DNA from: a virus
IMG/VR virus record: IMGVR_UViG_3300045988_116240
Direction: 5' to 3' (one strand)
DNA: 64,000 nucleotides
Shown here piece after piece: positions 34,216 to 44,338 of this stretch (position 1 is its first letter; each line of letters begins with the position of its first letter). The translations under genes and the position numbers were made by a program. The notes under the pieces are model-generated. The model was not told the DNA's origin, did no database searches, and worked only from the letters and a program-made list of their open reading frames with translations.

Positions 34216-34521
34216 ATGAGACAATTCATATACACGATCATCAGAAAGATATTCAAGCTTGTATTCTCTATCTACAAGCCTAAGGTAAGGACATTGTACA
34301 AAGGCCGTAAGAACATCGATCTTACGGAGAACGGCAATCAGCGCATAATGGTAGGTAAGCCTTTCTATCTGGCCGGGAACACCTACAAGTTAGATCAACG
34401 AGATAATACGAGCGTATTCAAGCTGGCCCTTTACAAGAAGGAAGGCGAGGATTGGGTAAAGGCTAATGACCTAGACTTGATCTTGAAGTTGAACGCCGGC
34501 TACAACATATTTTACGTATAA
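34216..34521 (+). CDS. hypothetical protein in the tail-fibre cluster
   Basis: 101-aa ORF between fibre genes. Confidence 0.45.
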   Translation: MRQFIYTIIRKIFKLVFSIYKPKVRTLYKGRKNIDLTENGNQRIMVGKPFYLAGNTYKLDQRDNTSVFKLALYKKEGEDWVKANDLDLILKLNAGYNIFYV

Positions 34522-34542
34522 CGAACTAAAGCACGATACATC

Positions 34543-35499
34543 ATGGAAGAGCGAAAAGATATTTGCGAGGGTTACGAGAGGGATAGCGTACAGCAGCTAG
34601 ACAAGCTGGCCAAGGATAAGAACGAGCGTTTTCCGATCTATCCGTTGACATACATTCAGGCCGTATATGACGCTAGGACGAAAGAGAGGCTTGATTCCAT
34701 ATTGTGGAAATGCAACAACGTGTATTTGCCTTGGATGGGATCGGCGGGGGATACCCGCGTACAGTTACCTTTCTGGATGAGAAGGAAGGGTATCATAATC
34801 ACTTACAAGAACCTTGACGAGGAGACGATAACGGAGAAGCTCACCTATGATCTTTGTATCGCCGATGATTTCTTCCGTCTTGACTCCTCTTGGACTAGGA
34901 TAACGGACGCCCTTCCGGTCGGGGGTAACATAACCATAGGCTCTAACGGAAATTGGTTTCAAGATGGCGTTGATACCGGCTTCAAGGCACAGGGGCCTAA
35001 AGGGGACAACGGACAAGTTCCACACCTTCGCTTGGCTGGTGGATACGTAAAATATAGCTACGATGAAGAGATATGGTATGATCTTTTTCCGCTCATTGAC
35101 ATAACGCCAAGCGTAAAGGTGGGGGAGGTAAAGACTTTACCCGCAGGTAGCAAGGCTTCGGTAACGAACGTTAGCGGGGATAAGGACGCCATTTTCGACT
35201 TTGGAATCCCTATGGGAAATACTGGGGCCAAGGGAGAGAAGGGGGATGGGTATGATTTGTTGGAATTCAGGGATACGGCGGATGCTTTGCCTTCCACCGC
35301 TAATATCGGTGACGCTTACGCTGTAGGAACTTCCTCCCCATATCATCTTTACGTATGGAAGGACAATGTTAGTAAGTTCGTTGATATAGGCTCACTTAAC
35401 GAGATAAAGGCCTCTATCTTTGACGGGGGTAGGGCTGATAGTAATTATGGTGGGACAAGAACCATCGATTGCGGTGGGGCTGACGCTTATTTGGTGTAA
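34543..35499 (+). CDS. tail-fibre protein with short collagen-like G-X-Y stretches
   Basis: GPKGDNGQ and GAKGEKGDG triplets, located in the fibre cluster. Confidence 0.55.
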   Translation: MEERKDICEGYERDSVQQLDKLAKDKNERFPIYPLTYIQAVYDARTKERLDSILWKCNNVYLPWMGSAGDTRVQLPFWMRRKGIIITYKNLDEETITEKLTYDLCIADDFFRLDSSWTRITDALPVGGNITIGSNGNWFQDGVDTGFKAQGPKGDNGQVPHLRLAGGYVKYSYDEEIWYDLFPLIDITPSVKVGEVKTLPAGSKASVTNVSGDKDAIFDFGIPMGNTGAKGEKGDGYDLLEFRDTADALPSTANIGDAYAVGTSSPYHLYVWKDNVSKFVDIGSLNEIKASIFDGGRADSNYGGTRTIDCGGADAYLV

Positions 35500-35517
35500 C
35501 TCATAAATTATTTACCT

Positions 35518-37494
35518 ATGGAAAGAATTCAGTTAAGAAGAGATACGTCGACAAGATGGAGAGAGGTGAACCCTATTCTCATGGAAGGTGAGGTCGGATT
35601 TGAGACGGATACCAGATTGAGAAAGATCGGTGATGGCGTGAACCGTTGGAATGACCTTGAATATTTGAAGGCAGAAGGTATCGTACAAGAAATTGGGGAT
35701 AGCGAGGATGTATCCATTAGCCAGAAAACGCTTTCTAATGAAACATTTTTGAATCGTGTGAACTTAAAAAGCTCAAATGATTTAGACTTGTGTACTCAAA
35801 TTGGAATTTATACATGGGCAAATGATGAGGTTCCTCTAAATTCCCCGGTACAAAGCTTAGGTTTAATGAGCGTATTTCCCTATCTCCTAGATAAAGATGT
35901 CTTAAAACAACGAATTGTCCAGCAAGTCTTCGATTACTATGGGAGAATGTATGTCAGGTATAAAGGTAGTGGAGAATGGGGTGATTGGAACAGTCCTGCT
36001 GAAAAATCCATATTGGATAACACCGTAGACAATACTTTCACTTACAGAAGAATTTTAAATTCGGATAACAATTTAGATGAGATCTCTCATATCGGGATAT
36101 ACTCGTGGATATCGGGCTCGGTTCCTCAAAACGCACCAGTTAGTTACGGAGGCGTACTTCTATTATTCCCTTATTTCCGGACGGAGTATACCGAGTTAAG
36201 CCGTACCGTGCAAATAGTCATAGCCTCAAGCGGGAAGATGTTCTCCCGATATCGTACCACATCGGGTTGGGGTTCTTGGGTCTCTGGAGGATCGGGAGGA
36301 TCTGGAAAGACTTATGAGGATCGATTGATGAGGGCGTTTTTAGATAAAACTTTCACGACGTGGCAACCCGAAGGTAATATACCTCGTAATTCACAAGAAT
36401 TGTCATATTACAGTGGGGCTATAAGTGGCCTTCCTTATAGCTCCGTGTTTAATTTTGGTAATGACATTTACTATAACCGTGGTCTCTCCTCCTTTTTTTC
36501 AGCGGTAAAGAATAAGGGAAGTGTTTTATATAGTAAAGGTTACGGACAGGACACTAGAAGAGGCTCTTATTATGGTACCGTTTGCTCTACTTTTGGATCT
36601 TATATATCTGGTCAAAAGATATATTATACCACGACGGAGATTCCGGAGGTTGCCGAGGAGATCACCTATGTTGATATCGAGCAAATAAACATAGGTGATA
36701 TTTTGTGGACTTCCGGGCATTGTAAGGTTGTTTCCTCTGTCAATGTGGATGAGGATGGCATCTATAATATCGTCGTTACGGAGCAAGGAGGATATAATAT
36801 GATGGAAACGGTTTACGATAAAGATGGGTTTGAGAAAATCCTTAAAGGGATAGATCCTCATGATAAGAGGGTCTTTAAATTATACCGTTTCCAAAATCAA
36901 AGGATACCGGTTTTGCCTAAAATAGAATATAGCGAGAATGTCATTTCTGAATATGGGGATAGGACCTATTTTGAGCAAGGGCAAGATGTCTTTATAGCGG
37001 TCAAAGACGGGGATCATATTAATATTTCTGATGGAAGCAATACGAATAGATACCTTTTATCGGGAATGTCCTCTAAAATCGTGAACGGGATCGAGCTATA
37101 TAACGTGCGACCATATCTATCAGGGACGGCAGAGTATGATTTGTATACCGATAATGATGATCTTCACGCTAAACTATCTGTGATAGACATGGGTGATGTT
37201 ATCTTGGATGATATTACAGTGAGGTTGACAGGATACAGCGACAATGTAAAACCTAGCTGGTATAACGTAATATACCTAATAGAAGCGGAGGAAGGAGAGT
37301 ATCCGTATTTTCCGGCCCCAGAAGGATACATGGGGCATAATGCCGTGATGTGCAAGGATTTCATAAAAGACAATACTTTTAACGTAATCATGAAGGATGT
37401 GAAGGATTATGCCTCTGGATATTACGTCAGATGTTATTATGAAACAAGATTTGGATTAGCTTATAAGGACAGTAATATCATTATGATAAAATAA
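35518..37494 (+). CDS. tail fibre protein (Mtd-N-like conserved N-terminus)
   Basis: MERIQLRRDTSTRWREVNPILMEGEVGFETDTRLRKIGDGVNRWNDLEYL is a fibre N-terminal motif. It is paralogous to the start of 37505..38077. Confidence 0.65.
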   Translation: MERIQLRRDTSTRWREVNPILMEGEVGFETDTRLRKIGDGVNRWNDLEYLKAEGIVQEIGDSEDVSISQKTLSNETFLNRVNLKSSNDLDLCTQIGIYTWANDEVPLNSPVQSLGLMSVFPYLLDKDVLKQRIVQQVFDYYGRMYVRYKGSGEWGDWNSPAEKSILDNTVDNTFTYRRILNSDNNLDEISHIGIYSWISGSVPQNAPVSYGGVLLLFPYFRTEYTELSRTVQIVIASSGKMFSRYRTTSGWGSWVSGGSGGSGKTYEDRLMRAFLDKTFTTWQPEGNIPRNSQELSYYSGAISGLPYSSVFNFGNDIYYNRGLSSFFSAVKNKGSVLYSKGYGQDTRRGSYYGTVCSTFGSYISGQKIYYTTTEIPEVAEEITYVDIEQINIGDILWTSGHCKVVSSVNVDEDGIYNIVVTEQGGYNMMETVYDKDGFEKILKGIDPHDKRVFKLYRFQNQRIPVLPKIEYSENVISEYGDRTYFEQGQDVFIAVKDGDHINISDGSNTNRYLLSGMSSKIVNGIELYNVRPYLSGTAEYDLYTDNDDLHAKLSVIDMGDVILDDITVRLTGYSDNVKPSWYNVIYLIEAEEGEYPYFPAPEGYMGHNAVMCKDFIKDNTFNVIMKDVKDYASGYYVRCYYETRFGLAYKDSNIIMIK

Positions 37495-37504
37495 TTTAAG
37501 GAAT

Positions 37505-38077
37505 ATGGACAGAGTATTACAAAGAAGAGATACGGCATCGAACTGGGCTAAGTTTAACCCTGTTCTTTCGGAAGGGGAGATAGGAATCGTCATCGACGGA
37601 GGTAAAGGTTATAAGATAGGTGACGGTGTCACACATTGGAATGATCTGGAATACCCCTCTAATCCAACCAGTGTTGTGGGCACGATCGGAGATAGCGAGG
37701 TTGCCGTGATTAACCAGAAAGGCGTATCCTCTTTGGTCGGCCTAGATACGTACCCTGTATTCTCCGATACCAAGCCCTACGTAAAAGGCGAGATCGTTAA
37801 TTACGGCGGTCTCTTGTACGAGTTCACGGCTGATCATGAGGCGGGAGGATGGAATGAAGACGATAATGAGTCTATTTCTTTTAAAGAAATAATTAATAAG
37901 TCAATTAACATTGTATTAAATCAAATCAACTTAATTAAAGGTAAAGGAACCTCATTAGAAAGACCTATCCTATCGGAACTAGATGATGGAGGTTTGTTTT
38001 ACGATACCTCCGTGAAAAAGTATATCTGTTGGGATGGGACTAAATGGGTAAATATGGATGGATCAGAATTAAATTAA
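37505..38077 (+). CDS. short tail fibre protein
   Basis: The N-terminus MDRVLQRRDTASNWAKFNPVLSEGEIGIVIDGGKGYKIGDGVTHWNDLEY carries the fibre motif. The C-terminus is GGLFYDTSVKKYICWDGTKWVNMDG. Confidence 0.6.
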   Translation: MDRVLQRRDTASNWAKFNPVLSEGEIGIVIDGGKGYKIGDGVTHWNDLEYPSNPTSVVGTIGDSEVAVINQKGVSSLVGLDTYPVFSDTKPYVKGEIVNYGGLLYEFTADHEAGGWNEDDNESISFKEIINKSINIVLNQINLIKGKGTSLERPILSELDDGGLFYDTSVKKYICWDGTKWVNMDGSELN

Positions 38078-38082
38078 AATAT

Positions 38083-38574
38083 ATGTACCGTTACCTCTCC
38101 TACATATCCGACCTCGCTAACTGGGCCAAGTCCATCGCCATAGCTGCCGTAGTAACGGCGATGGACTTTGTTTCGCCTATCGAGAACTTCTTGGTGGTGA
38201 TCCTGTCGCTGGCCTTCATCGATACGTTCTGGGGGTTGGCCGCGGATCACGGGGATTTCCGGAAGAGCAAGTTCATCCGTAGCTGGGTGTACATGCTAGT
38301 CTATTTCCTGATCATAATCATCTCGTTCTGGATAGGCGTGATGATGGATATATCGGAGGATAACGCCAAGGCTTTCGTATCTTGGATCACGTGGGCGATG
38401 ATATGGTTTTATGGTACTAATGTATTGAAGAACATGGGCAAGGTATTCCCGGATAACAAGGTGATAGCCTTCTTGTATTGGGTTGCCGCCGTGAAATTTA
38501 TCAGAAAGGTCAATTTCTTGGATGAGTATAACAAGACAAAGAATAAAAAAGGCTCCCCAGATCCAAAAGGATAG
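38083..38574 (+). CDS. holin (multi-TM)
   Basis: Start trimmed to MYRYLSY. It has three or four TM helices (LVVILSLAFIDTFWGLAADHGDFRKSKF) and sits immediately upstream of the amidase. Confidence 0.55.
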   Translation: MYRYLSYISDLANWAKSIAIAAVVTAMDFVSPIENFLVVILSLAFIDTFWGLAADHGDFRKSKFIRSWVYMLVYFLIIIISFWIGVMMDISEDNAKAFVSWITWAMIWFYGTNVLKNMGKVFPDNKVIAFLYWVAAVKFIRKVNFLDEYNKTKNKKGSPDPKG

Positions 38575-38663
38575 GGGAGCCGAATAAATTTTCGCTTCCT
38601 GTCTTTCGCAAGGGAGGATAGCAAGGTTAACAAAGCGCATAAAAGTATAAAAAAATAATTGAT

Positions 38664-39125
38664 ATGAGAACGATTAACAGGAAAATCAACTTGATCGTGA
38701 TCCATTGTTCAGCCACTAGGGTAGATAAGGATTATACCCCTGAGCAATTAGAGAGAGACCACAAGGCGAGAGGATTCAACTCCGCGGGTTATAACTATTA
38801 TATCCGGAAGAGCGGGGAGATAGTATCTATGCGTCCATTGGAATTGATTCCGGCTCATGTGACCGGATATAACAAGAACAGTATAGGAATATGCTATGAG
38901 GGTGGTCTTGATCCGGACGGGAATCCGGATGATACACGTACGGAGGCACAGAGACAGTCGATTATAAGGCTGTTGTTGGATTTGGTCGTACAGTTCCCGG
39001 ATAGTAGGATCTGCGGTCATCGTGACCTATCCCCGGATCTTAACGGTAACGGTAAGATTGAACCGGACGAGTGGATGAAGATGTGTCCGTGTTTTAATGC
39101 CGAGGAGGAGTATCGCAATATATGA
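38664..39125 (+). CDS. N-acetylmuramoyl-L-alanine amidase (Amidase_2/PGRP-type endolysin)
   Basis: LIVIHCSATR...GYNYYIRKSGEIV...AHVTGYNKNSIGICYEGG...CGHRDL matches the T7-lysozyme-type zinc amidase pattern. Confidence 0.85.
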   Translation: MRTINRKINLIVIHCSATRVDKDYTPEQLERDHKARGFNSAGYNYYIRKSGEIVSMRPLELIPAHVTGYNKNSIGICYEGGLDPDGNPDDTRTEAQRQSIIRLLLDLVVQFPDSRICGHRDLSPDLNGNGKIEPDEWMKMCPCFNAEEEYRNI

Positions 39126-39589
39126 AACCTTGGCAAGTAATATTAATACTAGTGTGCTTGGTAGCCAGTTTCACGGCTGGCTACCATATCCGGGGGGATG
39201 TGGATGGCAATCAAATACATAAGACCGACAGGTTTACTTATGTTGACACGATACATGACAGCATCCCGTACCCGGTCTATGAGACACTGGTACAAACAAT
39301 ACCTGAGCCGTTCCCTGTTTATATCACGTTGGACGGTGACACGGTAAAGGAACCTGTATATGTCCCGGTGCCGATAACCAACAAGGAGTACAAGACGGAT
39401 GATTATAAACTGTCGATTTCGGGTTACAAGCCAAATCTCGATTACATCGAGGTTTATAGAAGGACTGAGTATATAACCAAGACGATCTCCCCACGTAGAT
39501 GGGGAATCGGTGCGATAGCCGGTTATGGGATCGGTAAACACGGGTTGTCTCCCTATGTAGGGATAGGCGGGTTCTATAGGATTTGGTGA
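39122..39589 (+). CDS. spanin-like lysis accessory protein (possible unimolecular spanin)
   Basis: The N-terminal signal MKPWQVILILVCLVASF contains a Cys. The C-terminus is Gly-rich and hydrophobic (WGIGAIAGYGIGKHGLSPYVGIGGFY). An ATGA overlap couples it to the amidase gene. Confidence 0.4.
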   Translation: MKPWQVILILVCLVASFTAGYHIRGDVDGNQIHKTDRFTYVDTIHDSIPYPVYETLVQTIPEPFPVYITLDGDTVKEPVYVPVPITNKEYKTDDYKLSISGYKPNLDYIEVYRRTEYITKTISPRRWGIGAIAGYGIGKHGLSPYVGIGGFYRIW

Positions 39590-39595
39590 AAAAGG

Positions 39596-39631
39596 TTAAG
39601 CCCACCGAATCTCACGATCAAGCGAGCTTAA
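39596..39631. terminator. two-tier hairpin (family member H7) after the lysis cassette
   Basis: ttaagc...atc-tcac-gat...gcttaa followed by tatttattt. Confidence 0.45.
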
Positions 39632-39775
39632 TATTTATTTATGAATGCGTGCGGGGTAAAGCCCCTATTCCTTCTCTGATTCGACCCGGACGAAGGAAAA
39701 CATAGCCAAGCCATGTGTGTTTTTCGGGGCTTCCTTGATATAACATGCGTGGCTTTATTAATGTTCAATTAAAAT

Positions 39776-40081
39776 ATGAATATGAACAAGGTCGAAGAGT
39801 TTTACAAGCGAGTGATTTGTATCGCAGGTGAGGTATGCGGGGTTGATCCCGTAGACATGATGTCATTTAACCGTGAGGAATGCGTTAACGCCCGTGGTAT
39901 CCTCATTATAATACTCTTGGATAAGGGGTACTCGGAGAAAGTTGTGGCCGATCTTACAGGGCTTACCAGACGGGGCGTTAATAGGATCAAGAACGATTTT
40001 CCAGATAGGATAAGGCGTAATTGGATGATACATATGCTTGACCGGGAGGTCAGGAACAAACTAGGAATGAATAAGGAATAA
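39776..40081 (+). CDS. hypothetical protein with possible HTH
   Basis: 101 aa, with LTGLTRRGVNRIKNDF. Confidence 0.45.
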   Translation: MNMNKVEEFYKRVICIAGEVCGVDPVDMMSFNREECVNARGILIIILLDKGYSEKVVADLTGLTRRGVNRIKNDFPDRIRRNWMIHMLDREVRNKLGMNKE

Positions 40082-40172
40082 GCTAGGAACAAGATATTTC
40101 CCATGGTATGGACTTCTCTGGATTTTTGTGGTGTCCGGGATACCCGGACATGATCATTAAAAAATCTAGGTT

Positions 40173-40673
40173 ATGAGAATTAAAGGAATGAATGGTGAGG
40201 AGTACAGTGTCACCGGGCAAGGCCAAGGTAATTACAACACCGTGGGAGCTTCCGCAGGTATCGCTTCTTTCTTGGGATTGAACGCCGGGAATCTTTTGGG
40301 TGGTTGTGGCAACGTAAGGAACGCTGGATATGGCGGTCCGGTTGAGGTAATCACATCCGAAGACAGGCCTATTTCCCGCTATGAGGCTGGGATGATGGAT
40401 AAGATTTCCGCTAAGGACTCTGAGATCGCCTTGTTGAAATCCAACACTTACACTGACCAAAAGTTGGCGGATGTTTATGACCGCTTGTTGACAATCATCA
40501 ACAGGAACAAGGAGGAACAAGCCTCAATTAACATGAACCAAGCCGTTTACAATGGGACTAACACCGCTACATTGAAATGCATGCAACAGCAGATCGCGGA
40601 TCTAGCAGCATTGAGCGAGTTGGTGATCCCGCAGCGTAAGGTTTGTGATACGGGATGTTGCGGATGTAATTGA
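40173..40673 (+). CDS. hypothetical protein, Gly-rich N-terminus and Cys-rich C-terminal tip (CDTGCCGCN)
   Basis: 166-aa ORF. Confidence 0.5.
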   Translation: MRIKGMNGEEYSVTGQGQGNYNTVGASAGIASFLGLNAGNLLGGCGNVRNAGYGGPVEVITSEDRPISRYEAGMMDKISAKDSEIALLKSNTYTDQKLADVYDRLLTIINRNKEEQASINMNQAVYNGTNTATLKCMQQQIADLAALSELVIPQRKVCDTGCCGCN

Positions 40674-41140
40674 TGATGACCATGTACTCTAACGCTCAAA
40701 AACTGGCGGCTGTGCTCAATAAGTGGGCACAGCCCGCTATCCAAGGTCTCTTGGGAACTCGGTTGGGACAACTTCCTTTCATAGCGAACATAGACGCTAA
40801 GTTACGCTCCACGGGTTGGGTAAGTCCCATGTGGAGCATATCCAAGGAGATATCCCCATTGCTAGACGGATTGTCATCCTCATTAGTTGAGCCGATGTTG
40901 GCTCGGTACCTTCAAGGCATCCCCGATGAGGCTATCCCGGAGTTGGCGCACAAGGTGGTGGAGGACGCTATAAGAAACGGCGGGCTTTCCCTGTTTGAGG
41001 GAAAGGTCGAGTTCGAGACCGATGACTTGGAGGAACTAAGGACGTTGTTGCGTTACAATCTTCCGGTCCCGGAAAAGACCGGCTCATACGATGTATTGAC
41101 AGAGGAACCTATTCCACAAGGTGATGATGTGGATAAATAA
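40670..41140 (+). CDS. hypothetical protein
   Basis: 156-aa ORF with an ATGA overlap to the preceding gene. Confidence 0.5.
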   Translation: MMMTMYSNAQKLAAVLNKWAQPAIQGLLGTRLGQLPFIANIDAKLRSTGWVSPMWSISKEISPLLDGLSSSLVEPMLARYLQGIPDEAIPELAHKVVEDAIRNGGLSLFEGKVEFETDDLEELRTLLRYNLPVPEKTGSYDVLTEEPIPQGDDVDK

Positions 41141-41162
41141 ATAATCAATAATAATTACGATC

Positions 41163-41579
41163 ATGATTCAATTAACACCAATTGCGATCGCCGCTACCAG
41201 CCAACAATACTTGACTAATGTAGTGGAGAATTTATGTCAGGCCTATTGCGTAGACAATGGCGTACAGCCTACCGGCATAGTCAATTTCACCGTCGCCGAG
41301 CAAAGTACGGTGAATACGCAAACGACGGTTACGATCAATGCCGCCATACTTGTGGCTTATACGCCCAAGGGATCCTGCAGGACGGTTACCAAGCAATGGG
41401 TCGAGCAATTCAAGGTAGCTTTTATCGGGGCCGCTGGCGCTGTTCCCACGATATCTCTTACCCCTCTCGTCACCCAAGTCACGCCCGAGAACGTCAAGTG
41501 TTGTAACCGTGCCTACGGTGTAAGTTTGGCTACCCCATTGACTATTTCCGCTACCTTTCCAGCGGCTCCCGGCGCTTGA
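41163..41579 (+). CDS. hypothetical protein
   Basis: 138-aa ORF. Confidence 0.5.
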   Translation: MIQLTPIAIAATSQQYLTNVVENLCQAYCVDNGVQPTGIVNFTVAEQSTVNTQTTVTINAAILVAYTPKGSCRTVTKQWVEQFKVAFIGAAGAVPTISLTPLVTQVTPENVKCCNRAYGVSLATPLTISATFPAAPGA

Positions 41580-41605
41580 TTCATTAATGTTTAAAATGCA
41601 AGATC

Positions 41606-42097
41606 ATGCGTTACAAAGAACTGATGAAGGATTACCACTCAAAAGGGATGGTATCCGAAAAAAAGATGTGGGAGGCCATAGGAGAACTGGACGAGGCGAT
41701 GGAGTGTCTAAAGGAAAAAGATCCCGAGAAGTATGACGAGGCCATACGTGATATACATGAGGTTTTTTGCGGTCCTCATTATAATGAGCATTTCGCTAAG
41801 ATGGACGTGGCGGCAATGCGTCATAAAGGCAAGGCGGGAGAGCATAAAGGCGAGCACTGGAATATGGAGCAGGTGGCTACCGCTATAAAAGGCATGAGCA
41901 TACCGGGAAATACCAACATATGGGACGTGTACGTTGCTCTTAACGCGAACTGGCATGACAAGGAGATTAAATTCACGGAATGGTTTGACCATGACGCTGA
42001 AAAGAAAATCATCGAGGACGCTATAAATTTCTATTTCCTTGACGATGACGCTCCTGAAGGCAAGGTTTGGATTTATATGTGTGCCATGGATGACTAA
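41606..42097 (+). CDS. hypothetical protein
   Basis: 163-aa ORF. Confidence 0.5.
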   Translation: MRYKELMKDYHSKGMVSEKKMWEAIGELDEAMECLKEKDPEKYDEAIRDIHEVFCGPHYNEHFAKMDVAAMRHKGKAGEHKGEHWNMEQVATAIKGMSIPGNTNIWDVYVALNANWHDKEIKFTEWFDHDAEKKIIEDAINFYFLDDDAPEGKVWIYMCAMDD

Positions 42098-42245
42098 GAC
42101 ACGATCACATAACAAGAAAAGAAACGATTCTGTAAGACGGGAGATAGACCGCCTTATAGAATCGTTGTCGTTCGAGCCTATAAACTTTCATGAGATTAAG
42201 GCTAGGATAAGGCACCTAATGAGCATAGAAGGGAAAAGAAAGTGA
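42090..42245 (+). CDS. small basic hypothetical protein
   Basis: Start trimmed to MTKTRSHNKKRND (ATG 42090), overlapping the preceding stop by 8 nt. Confidence 0.35.
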   Translation: MTKTRSHNKKRNDSVRREIDRLIESLSFEPINFHEIKARIRHLMSIEGKRK

Positions 42246-42261
42246 TATTACACTTTATCCT

Positions 42262-44244
42262 CTATGCTGACATCAAGGCTTGTCGTGCCTTATTGAGCGC
42301 ATCTTGATTAACCTGTCCGTTGATTGCGTTCATTTGATCAGCTGGGACACCTTGGATATTACCACCTTGCTCAACCACTTGTTTGTTGGATTGAATGGAC
42401 TGAAGTATCTGGTCTGATCCGGGGTAATATGATAGTGATAACATTTGCTCCGCAGAAATGGCTCCGGCCATCCATAATTCCTTCACCAAGTCGTTTAACA
42501 TCATTCTCGCTACCGGAGATTCAGCGGATTCCTTGATATTGACCTTGAAATCTATATCTTGGACTGTCTTCGGGTCATACTCATTATAAGTGGCATAACC
42601 CGCTGATCTCTCCATCGATATGTTCCTTGGGGATTGATAATATTGATGGATCGTTTTCATCTTTTTACGAGCGATCTCGGCCTCGAACGTGGAGAACTTG
42701 GTTAGTAACGTAGCGATAGATGTAGTGGAGTTCTGTGTTTCCATGGCATATCTGCTTGCCGCTGTTGATCCCGACGGGGTTTTCCCTTGCAAGGCTTCCG
42801 ACACGGACGTTATATCGTTTATGAAACTCAATTGTAATTGCAATAGCTCCGTGGTACCGATATTGGTAGAGTTCGATGTTATGACTTCCGGTTTGTTCCC
42901 GCTCTTGGACGGCTCATAAAAAATAAATGATCCGATCTCAACGAATTGCTCGGCGAACTCACGATTGGACATCCCGTCCGGAACGGAGTCTTTAGGGATC
43001 ATCTTTACTCCCTTTACCGCTGATTGGATAGCCAAGTCGTTAAGCATGATCAGCCGGTTGATGTATCGTTGCTGATCTATGATAACGGAAATAAAAGGAA
43101 CTGTCCGTCCATTCACCAAATAGTGTAGCTTGTAAATATAGGGGTGAGACTTATATTCATAAGGCGTGTCATACTCGGTAAGTACACGTCCGTCCGGTGA
43201 TAGCATTTGGAAATGCCAATATTGATCTATTATATAGGTGTATTCTATCAATGGGATCTCCTCCGGAGGTAATCCCTGTGACATTCCCATACGCATACGA
43301 TCCTCGTTCTCTCTCTTGATGACAGGAAGATCGCTAAGCTCTATCCTGTATATAGGATCATCGGTGTCCATGATATCCACGCAACGGTATCTAGGCTTGT
43401 TCTCCAGTGTCCAAACATGGTAGGTCCGGCACAGGTCGGCGGCGGGAGGCGTGTCGAAAGACTCGTCCATGAAACGATCCGTCTGCTGGGTTCCCAGATT
43501 TTCCATACGATTGAGCCAAGATGAGTAAATCTCCTCCAATTGCCTGTAATCATACTCGGACTCCGCTAATACCGAGGCCAGCTCGCCTAATGTATAGTCA
43601 CGGATCTCCCCGATCAAGGAATCATCCCAGTGCCTTGGATCATTGGCTTTCGACTCATAGAAGAAATAGGAAGGGTTGACCACGTAGGTGTAGCTGTCCT
43701 CTATATCGTCATGACTAGACCATTCTTCCGTTACCACGGCGCATCCACCGCAAATAAACTCTATCATTTCGGAGGTGAGGACATCTTTCATAAGGTTATT
43801 TTCCCAGTTGGTCTGTAAAGCGTCCGTCATCATCTGTGACTTGGTATCCGCGTCTTTCTGCCGGGCGAAACATACGGGAAGGGTAGCGGTCTTTGCGTAT
43901 AACCCCGCCAAAGTATTTACGATCTTGAAAAGATGATTGTTCTGCAAAGCGACCCCTCCCGTACGCCTCGCTATCCTATCGCGTTCCTTCACCCTTTCCC
44001 CGTCCTTGTCCACCACGATATCACCCCATTGGTCACCGAACACGTAACGGAAATTGCGAAGACGGGTGGCCCTGAAATCGCTAAGGTTTTCCCAAGCGTT
44101 TTGGCACCTAGACAGTAAAGGTATGTTGGTCTTGTCCGTGCCTGATATCTTGATGCGGTGCTTGACGCTATCAACCGTCGTGGGGCGTCGGGAAAACCGA
44201 GATTTAGGAATAAGTCGTTTCATGATTGGTCTTTTTAATCGCAA
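42262..44244 (-). CDS. putative portal protein
   Basis: 660-aa acidic protein in the structural region. Assignment is by size and context only, with no diagnostic motif recognised. Confidence 0.45.
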   Translation of the reverse strand: MRLKRPIMKRLIPKSRFSRRPTTVDSVKHRIKISGTDKTNIPLLSRCQNAWENLSDFRATRLRNFRYVFGDQWGDIVVDKDGERVKERDRIARRTGGVALQNNHLFKIVNTLAGLYAKTATLPVCFARQKDADTKSQMMTDALQTNWENNLMKDVLTSEMIEFICGGCAVVTEEWSSHDDIEDSYTYVVNPSYFFYESKANDPRHWDDSLIGEIRDYTLGELASVLAESEYDYRQLEEIYSSWLNRMENLGTQQTDRFMDESFDTPPAADLCRTYHVWTLENKPRYRCVDIMDTDDPIYRIELSDLPVIKRENEDRMRMGMSQGLPPEEIPLIEYTYIIDQYWHFQMLSPDGRVLTEYDTPYEYKSHPYIYKLHYLVNGRTVPFISVIIDQQRYINRLIMLNDLAIQSAVKGVKMIPKDSVPDGMSNREFAEQFVEIGSFIFYEPSKSGNKPEVITSNSTNIGTTELLQLQLSFINDITSVSEALQGKTPSGSTAASRYAMETQNSTTSIATLLTKFSTFEAEIARKKMKTIHQYYQSPRNISMERSAGYATYNEYDPKTVQDIDFKVNIKESAESPVARMMLNDLVKELWMAGAISAEQMLSLSYYPGSDQILQSIQSNKQVVEQGGNIQGVPADQMNAINGQVNQDALNKARQALMSA

Positions 44245-44313
44245 ATAAATCGAATAAAAGGACTTGGTTTTGTCAGAATAACCAAAATAACAAAATAATC
44301 ATACCTAAAGCCC

Positions 44314-44321
44314 TATTTTTG
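44314..44321 (+). promoter_or_regulatory. Bacteroidota-type -7 box (TATTTTTG)
   Basis: 18 nt upstream of the ATG at 44339, in the divergent region facing the portal candidate. Confidence 0.45.
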
Positions 44322-44338
44322 CCAGAAAAGGATCACAA

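Noticed and set aside
35518-38077. Possible diversity-generating retroelement, because the fibre N-termini resemble the Mtd-type conserved domain.
   Set aside because: I found no reverse transcriptase gene and no template/variable repeat pair with adenine-specific differences in the window.
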